A DNA stretch of 30,544 nt from a virus. Taxonomy: Duplodnaviria > Caudoviricetes. Each line of letters starts with the position of its first letter. The first letter of the stretch is position 1. Of this stretch, positions 25,007-30,544 are shown piece after piece. Both the position numbers and the translations under genes were made by a program. The notes under the pieces were generated by a model, which did no database searches, had not been told where the DNA came from, and saw only the letters and a list, made by a program, of their open reading frames with translations. The DNA lies in IMG/VR virus record IMGVR_UViG_3300032254_000261, positions 1 to 30,544 of that record, one strand, 5' to 3'.

Positions 25007-25644
25007 TGACGGCAATAACTGCCTTTACTAAATTTGTGGCGCCTGATGTTCCGGGCGCCCCAAATTCCCTGATTGAAAGAGCTGTATTGCGTGCTTGCAT
25101 TGAATTTTGCGAGGAAACGAAGTATTGGCGCTACAGGGATGAGGGTCTTGTAATTGTCAGTGGTATCAAAGAGTACGATCTTTCGCCCGACACCGATTCC
25201 CAAGTTGAAACAGTAAACGATCCGATTACAGTTAACGGGAAAAAGATTTACCAGCGTACAAAGACCTGGCTAGATCAAAACCTTAATAACTGGGAAACCC
25301 TCACAGGTAAAGATCCAAAATATTTCCAAGTTGAATCGAAAGGTTTGATAAGGCTTGTTCCATTTCCTGATGCTGATGGAGCCATGAGCGCTTCAATGAT
25401 ATTGAAGCCAATACCTACCGCAACAACAGTGCCGGACTTTCTGTTCGATGACTATTATAACGCAATAGCCGATGGTGCCCGGTTCTTTCTCATGGAGCCG
25501 CCCGGTAAAGAATGGACTAATACTGAGCTATCAATTTATTACGGCAATAAGTTTCAGCAAGCCAAAGATAAGGCTGAAGCCAAAGCCCGTGCCGATTTTA
25601 AGACCGAAGACACCATTAACCGTGTCAAAGCCCACCTAATTTAA
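25006..25644 (+). CDS. Head-tail adaptor-like protein
   Basis: VPGAP..LI..AV..ACIEFC..T..W; IADGA...L...PGKEWTN; position. Confidence 0.6.
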   Translation: MTAITAFTKFVAPDVPGAPNSLIERAVLRACIEFCEETKYWRYRDEGLVIVSGIKEYDLSPDTDSQVETVNDPITVNGKKIYQRTKTWLDQNLNNWETLTGKDPKYFQVESKGLIRLVPFPDADGAMSASMILKPIPTATTVPDFLFDDYYNAIADGARFFLMEPPGKEWTNTELSIYYGNKFQQAKDKAEAKARADFKTEDTINRVKAHLI

Positions 25645-25677
25645 CAGGCCGTCATGTAAATAACTGAGGAAATACCC

Positions 25678-26334
25678 ATGCCAACGATTACCGCACAGAC
25701 CATTGTAGACCGTGCAGAAAAAACGCTGCTCGATGATACCAATGTCCGATGGGCGGAGGCTGAGTTGCTTGAGTACCTGAATGACGCTCAACGTCACATC
25801 GTCATGCTTAAGCCGGATGCTTACACCAAGAACACGAACATTCAGATGGCCGCAAGCGAGACAAAGAATACAATCCCTGCTGATGCTATACGATTAAAGC
25901 GTCCAGTACGTAATATGGGGGCGTTAGGTACCTCACCAGGTAGAGCGATTATCTGGGCCAATATTGACCAGCTCGATAAATCAAACCCTGATTGGCATAC
26001 CGATACAGCCAGCGCGGTTATTCAGCATTTTTTAGCTGATCAGCACGATCCCAAAACTTTTTATGTGTATCCGCCTCAGCCTGCTACCGGCATGGGGTAT
26101 GCAGAAATTATCTATTTCGCAACGCCTGCTGATATTGCCATTGGCGCGACCATACTTCTTGATGACGTGTATCAAGATCCGATGTATTTCTATGTTTTGT
26201 CACGCGCTCATTCAAAAGAAACGCCCGAAGCCAGCGATGCAAAGGCCGGTGGTTATTATACTTTGTTCCTTCAGTCTATCGGATTGAAGACGCAAGGCGA
26301 GCAGGCCGTTGATGCTGGCAAGGCATTCGCGTAA
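25678..26334 (+). CDS. Second adaptor-like protein
   Basis: LLDDTNVRW...ELLEYLNDAQR, FYVYPP, YVLSRA.SKE. Confidence 0.6.
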   Translation: MPTITAQTIVDRAEKTLLDDTNVRWAEAELLEYLNDAQRHIVMLKPDAYTKNTNIQMAASETKNTIPADAIRLKRPVRNMGALGTSPGRAIIWANIDQLDKSNPDWHTDTASAVIQHFLADQHDPKTFYVYPPQPATGMGYAEIIYFATPADIAIGATILLDDVYQDPMYFYVLSRAHSKETPEASDAKAGGYYTLFLQSIGLKTQGEQAVDAGKAFA

Positions 26335-26341
26335 TCCTTAC

Positions 26342-26428
26342 ATGGCATTTCTTACGGCAAAATCTGGAAGCTACTACAGCGCGTTTTTACAGACGCTTAG
26401 CTTGAAGAGCCAGGCTGAGTCTAGCTAA
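26342..26428 (+). pseudogene. 28-codon remnant homologous to the C-terminus of the preceding adaptor gene
   Basis: AKSGSYYSAFLQTLSLKSQAE vs AKAGGYYTLFLQSIGLKTQGE, 12/21 identical. Confidence 0.65.
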
Positions 26429-26973
26429 TGGCAATTTGGCAGCCAAGAGAAAGCACCGATCTACTGGATATGCCGGACACTGTGCCGCCTGGACAGATAC
26501 TACGCGGCAAGGATGATGGTTCAGGGTATGAGCCTGCGCCGAGTACGGCTGTGCCAACTAAATTTGAGGATTTGGCGAATACACCCGCGCTAACCGGTAA
26601 TGCAGGAAAAGTCCTGCGTGTGAACGCTGGCGAGACAGATATGGAGTTTGCAAAAATGGACAACGATTATGTACAGGTAGAGCAAACCCATTATTTATGG
26701 TTTGCTGTTAACAATACATCTGGAACAGCTGTAGACGGCGTAACTCCTATTGCAACAGTTCGTCTTGCTGGAGATACAGCAAACGCTTCGCCAATTATAA
26801 GCGTAACGCCCACTTTGTTGTCTGACGCTTCATTCCCCGACGGCTGCTATGAAATAGCTATTCCTGTTACTGCCGCAAACGGCTTTTTACCTGGCAAGAA
26901 ATACGGAGTGTTTGCAACCATCGCAGCTGATGCGCAAAACCCAGCCGGGATTATCGGTAAGTTCTCAACATGA
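26428..26973 (+). CDS. Virion appendage-associated protein
   Basis: FEDLANTP..LTGNAGKVLRVN.GE...EF fibre-like motif followed by a beta-rich domain. Confidence 0.55.
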   Translation: MAIWQPRESTDLLDMPDTVPPGQILRGKDDGSGYEPAPSTAVPTKFEDLANTPALTGNAGKVLRVNAGETDMEFAKMDNDYVQVEQTHYLWFAVNNTSGTAVDGVTPIATVRLAGDTANASPIISVTPTLLSDASFPDGCYEIAIPVTAANGFLPGKKYGVFATIAADAQNPAGIIGKFST

Positions 26974-28493
26974 CGGTTGCGCTGACAGAATACGAAGATC
27001 GCAGAATTATTCAGCGATACGTAGCGACAGAGAATAGAGCTATCACTATTGCGGGCACAGTATCGGCCGGCATTGCATCTGTTGAGGCAAGAATAGTTCA
27101 GGACGGCACGGGAACAGAGATTGTACCGTGGACCGTTATCGATGCCGCGCCAGCGAGCGGTTTGTTTTCAGGCACACTAACAACACCCCAAGGTGGCTGG
27201 TACAACATTCAAGTAAGGGATACAAACAACTCTACTGATTTATATAACAGCATCATCAAAATCGGCGTTGGTATTATTTTCTGGGTGACCGGCCAGTCTA
27301 ATGCGATGGGGTTCAGCTGGCTGTCCAACACAGCGAATCCAATAGCCAACACCAGTGATCTTAGTGTTAGCTGGATGTTTAATATGTACCAGGCCGATTT
27401 GACGCCAAGTGATCCTGATTATTGGGCGGACAACCTGCCTGCGCTGACATTTCATTCACCTGCACCGGTTGAAATGGCAGGTGTTCCTACGCTCGCGAAT
27501 ATATTAACAAGTGCCTACGGTATTCCGGTTGGTGTTGTTGGAGCATCACGTGGTGGCTCACATAGTAATACTTGGGATCAACAATCCGACACTAATGTAA
27601 TTAGAGCGAATGCTGCGATAGATAGCACGGTAGATGGCGAGTTTGAATACATCCTATGGTATCAAGGCGAACAAGACGCAAACTCAAACCCAACTGTGTC
27701 TACATATCTGGCTGCTGTTGGAAACGTTGCTGCCAATCTTCGTAGTGGTAGGACTAATTTTTCAACTGAACCTGAAATCCCATTTTTGGTTAACCAATTA
27801 TCTGCCTACATTACGACTGGGTTGGACGCTGGTTATAACAATGTTCGTGAGGCGCAAAGACAGGCTGAGGATACATATGTAAGTGTTTTTATGTGCGCAA
27901 CGTTACCTGATGCCGGTATAAGGAATGATAACTCTGGCGACATACATATTAATTGGGAAGGCCAGATTAAATGGGCAGAACGAATCGCTCAAACAGTTAA
28001 GTTCATAAATGGTGATGCCAGTTATTACCGTGGGCCAAATATTTCAAATGCGACGCCGTACACTCAGTCTCGCATCCTTGTTAATATCGCGCACATCGGA
28101 GGCAATGATATACAACCCAGCACCGGCATTATAGGTTTTAGGGTGTTCGATGGCGCAACTGAGATTCAGCCATCTTCTGTTGAAAGAATTAGCGCACAGA
28201 CGGTTGCCATTGAGCTTCCGGGTAATTACACCTCGATGCTGACCTTGCATTACTTGTATGGAGCAAAGATCGGGTTTGTCTCTGTCTCGCCAGCTGAGCC
28301 ATACGGGTGGGGGTACACAGCATACCGTAATGATTATTGCATATTGGATGACACGCCCCTTGGCTTACCTTTAGAGCCTCGCCTTAATATGGCTGTCGAT
28401 ATGTCAGGCGCGCCAATTGGTTCACCGAAAGCGGATCTGCTCAGTATGAATAATTTTGGCCGGCAAGCACTGACTGGAACGGTGATGAGCTAA
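26970..28493 (+). CDS. SGNH hydrolase, sialate O-acetylesterase (SASA/CE6)-like
   Basis: GQSN, SRGGS, WYQGEQD and DIH blocks. Confidence 0.82.
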   Translation: MTVALTEYEDRRIIQRYVATENRAITIAGTVSAGIASVEARIVQDGTGTEIVPWTVIDAAPASGLFSGTLTTPQGGWYNIQVRDTNNSTDLYNSIIKIGVGIIFWVTGQSNAMGFSWLSNTANPIANTSDLSVSWMFNMYQADLTPSDPDYWADNLPALTFHSPAPVEMAGVPTLANILTSAYGIPVGVVGASRGGSHSNTWDQQSDTNVIRANAAIDSTVDGEFEYILWYQGEQDANSNPTVSTYLAAVGNVAANLRSGRTNFSTEPEIPFLVNQLSAYITTGLDAGYNNVREAQRQAEDTYVSVFMCATLPDAGIRNDNSGDIHINWEGQIKWAERIAQTVKFINGDASYYRGPNISNATPYTQSRILVNIAHIGGNDIQPSTGIIGFRVFDGATEIQPSSVERISAQTVAIELPGNYTSMLTLHYLYGAKIGFVSVSPAEPYGWGYTAYRNDYCILDDTPLGLPLEPRLNMAVDMSGAPIGSPKADLLSMNNFGRQALTGTVMS

Positions 28494-30172
28494 TGGCTAT
28501 TATTGACCTAACAACTGCGACCGGCGAACAAGATGCTACTAATCGTATTTCATGGAATGGAAGTATTGTTAACTGTAATGGGCTGCAAAGAAAAGATAAT
28601 TCATGGATCTACAAAACATTACCTTTTGCAATTGATGGTGACTGGAAACTTGAGTACAGACTGAATATAAACCCTGCTGGGACTAATAATGCGTTAGCGT
28701 TCCCGCCAATGCTAAAGAGTGGTACCACGCCGGAAACAATTAATGATACGTGGTCTAGTAACTCTGAGAAATATTATTTCCAAATAAACTGGCGGCCAGA
28801 CGGCACAGCATCATTAAATATTGGCAATGGTGCTCCCCAAATTGAGTTAGTGCCTGAAGGCGTATATCTGTATCCTCGCTTGTCAAGAACTGGAACTGTA
28901 TTTCTACTTGAGATATTTAATGATGCCGCACGTACTGATCTATTTGGCTCAACTCAATATGACTGGACATGGGTAACACCATTATCTCATTTTCAGTATG
29001 TGACGTCTTACGATGATGGTGTAAATGTAAATGCCTCATATTTTACAGCAGATCAGATAGTATTAGAGACTATTGGTCAGACGATTGACAAGACATTCAG
29101 TTGGAAAATTAGAGTTGCCAACAACGATAGCGGTATTTTAGATTTAAAGACTGCTGTTGGTGGTAGTGACACGAATCTGATTGATCTAAGGGCGGGCGTT
29201 GCGTCAAGCCAGTCTATTGTTGTTGATCTAATGTCTGCCATTGAGCTGGATCAATCGAACACCTATGACGCTAAAGTGAATGTGGCTTTAGATTCATCCG
29301 GCAACTACGACATTAAAGCGGCAGTCGAAGATGTCCTGGCGACTCCCTACGACTTGAAGGTATGGGTTGAGTCGTTTGATGTTACCGATAGATTTAGTCT
29401 AAAAACTCAGATTAAAGATGTTACCGATGGTCAGTCTGATCTGAAATTATCTGTTGCCCAGGATGCTACAGCTGATGGCGATTTAAAGATAACTGTTTTC
29501 AATGATGATGTTGGCTTGTTCGATGCTACGATTACCATTGCCGATGCGGGCGAAGATTACACTGATCTGAAGGTTGCGATTTCTGAAGGTAATACCACCT
29601 TATATGATTTAAAGCTGACGACTGGAAGCGTTATCGACAAAGCGTTCGACCTTAAAGTATGGGTGAACGATGTTGATGCAGACATTGTTGATATCAAGCT
29701 GCAAGTGTTCGATGAAACCATCATTATTCTGAAGCGCAGTGTTGATGGCTTTCCTTCTGGGGCGCAAGTCCAATATATGCTTTGGGACACTGATTCAGAC
29801 ACCAACTTGCAAACATGGACAACAGCCGGCGTTAAGGAGTTAGCGATTGGCGGCGGCATGTCGCAATACTACGTCAATTTCATCATCACCCCAGACAGCC
29901 CGCAAATGACAATTGCCTGGAATGTCGTAGGCAGCAATAAATATTTTGCCAGTGAATCGATTACTGGAACCGATTTATTCTCAGTACAAGCGCTTGCGCA
30001 CCTGGAGAATGAAACTGTGCTTGACGAGTTGACCGCCAAGCACACTGTTTATCACCGCGATGGGTCAACGAAGTTTAGGGAAGCTGATGTGTCTGAAGAT
30101 TCAGCGGGAGCGGTTCCCTACGATGCTAACTCAACGAAAATTGGTCGTCGAACGCGACTCAAAAAACTGTAA
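28493..30172 (+). CDS. Fibre-like protein with ~15 tandem 14-aa repeats
   Basis: Beta-rich N-terminal domain, then DLK.(h).(h) every 14 residues (29087-29716). Confidence 0.6.
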   Translation: MAIIDLTTATGEQDATNRISWNGSIVNCNGLQRKDNSWIYKTLPFAIDGDWKLEYRLNINPAGTNNALAFPPMLKSGTTPETINDTWSSNSEKYYFQINWRPDGTASLNIGNGAPQIELVPEGVYLYPRLSRTGTVFLLEIFNDAARTDLFGSTQYDWTWVTPLSHFQYVTSYDDGVNVNASYFTADQIVLETIGQTIDKTFSWKIRVANNDSGILDLKTAVGGSDTNLIDLRAGVASSQSIVVDLMSAIELDQSNTYDAKVNVALDSSGNYDIKAAVEDVLATPYDLKVWVESFDVTDRFSLKTQIKDVTDGQSDLKLSVAQDATADGDLKITVFNDDVGLFDATITIADAGEDYTDLKVAISEGNTTLYDLKLTTGSVIDKAFDLKVWVNDVDADIVDIKLQVFDETIIILKRSVDGFPSGAQVQYMLWDTDSDTNLQTWTTAGVKELAIGGGMSQYYVNFIITPDSPQMTIAWNVVGSNKYFASESITGTDLFSVQALAHLENETVLDELTAKHTVYHRDGSTKFREADVSEDSAGAVPYDANSTKIGRRTRLKKL

Positions 30173-30199
30173 TAAAACTTTTTTAGCCTTTCAATTAAT

Positions 30200-30224
30200 A
30201 GGCTCGCTTTTAGCGGGTTTTTTT
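30200..30224 (+). terminator. Intrinsic terminator
   Basis: GGCTCGC-TTTTA-GCGGGTT then T-run. Confidence 0.65.
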
Positions 30225-30250
30225 ATGTCTGTAATAACAGGAGATTTACC

Positions 30251-30544
30251 ATGCCAGCACCAACCACCCGCGTTCGGCTAATTCCGAACAACACAGCAGT
30301 CGCAGCACTTGATACCGCAGCAGAAAGATTAGCAGCTATCGCAGGCGAGTCAGTTGTTTCAACTGGCGTAGGAAATGAAGCAGATTTTGGTACAGTCAAT
30401 ATTTCAGCCGGCGCAGCAAATTCACAGGTCTTAACGATGCTTTGGGATGTAACCGCTGATGGTGGTAACACTCAGGTTGATACGTTTAAGTTATGGTTAA
30501 ATTCAAACGGTTTTGACCAAGCAGGATCGGTGGTGAAGCTAATA
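30251..30544 (+). CDS. Partial structural protein (runs off the window)
   Basis: AGGAG SD; MPAPTTRVRLIPNNT... open to the end. Confidence 0.7.
   Translation, partial: MPAPTTRVRLIPNNTAVAALDTAAERLAAIAGESVVSTGVGNEADFGTVNISAGAANSQVLTMLWDVTADGGNTQVDTFKLWLNSNGFDQAGSVVKLI

Larger units (their letters stand above)
1..30544. mobile_element. Temperate (pro)phage, lambdoid early-region organisation with podovirus-type head module; continues beyond the right edge
   Basis: Gene order int-xis-recombination-cI/cro/cII-replication-nin-Q-terS-terL-portal-scaffold-capsid; no host housekeeping genes seen. Confidence 0.96.

Noticed and set aside
26428-30544. Diversity-generating retroelement
   Set aside because: No RT or adenine-variant TR/VR pair seen; cannot be excluded beyond the window.

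Overview
The window is the left ~30 kb of a temperate, lambdoid-organised prophage or phage with podovirus-type head genes. The host is probably a proteobacterium (inference). Minus strand: P22-like integrase, Xis, an early-left block (ASCH-like protein, HNH proteins, SSB, YqaJ exonuclease, putative annealing protein), pL with operators, an accessory immunity island and an S24 CI repressor. Plus strand: cro, cII, replication genes, the nin region, Q and pR', terS, terL, portal, scaffold, an N4-gp56-type major capsid protein, adaptors and appendage proteins. The genetic switch can be read from the sequence: TAGCA-N3-WGCTA operators, pL, pR, a PRM candidate and a PRE-like TTAC-N6-TTAC promoter. 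The most interesting items are five. (1) A proteasome-beta-like Ntn hydrolase operon at the rexAB position downstream of cI. (2) A 271-bp cassette bounded by a perfect 27-bp inverted repeat, encoding an unannotated 38-aa basic peptide with a sequestered RBS. (3) A CsrA-fold gene followed by a two-state RNA switch over the capsid start codon. (4) A RusA-like resolvase split over two overlapping frames. (5) A multi-stem RNA at the pL 5' end. Family calls come from motif recognition by eye, not from database searches.
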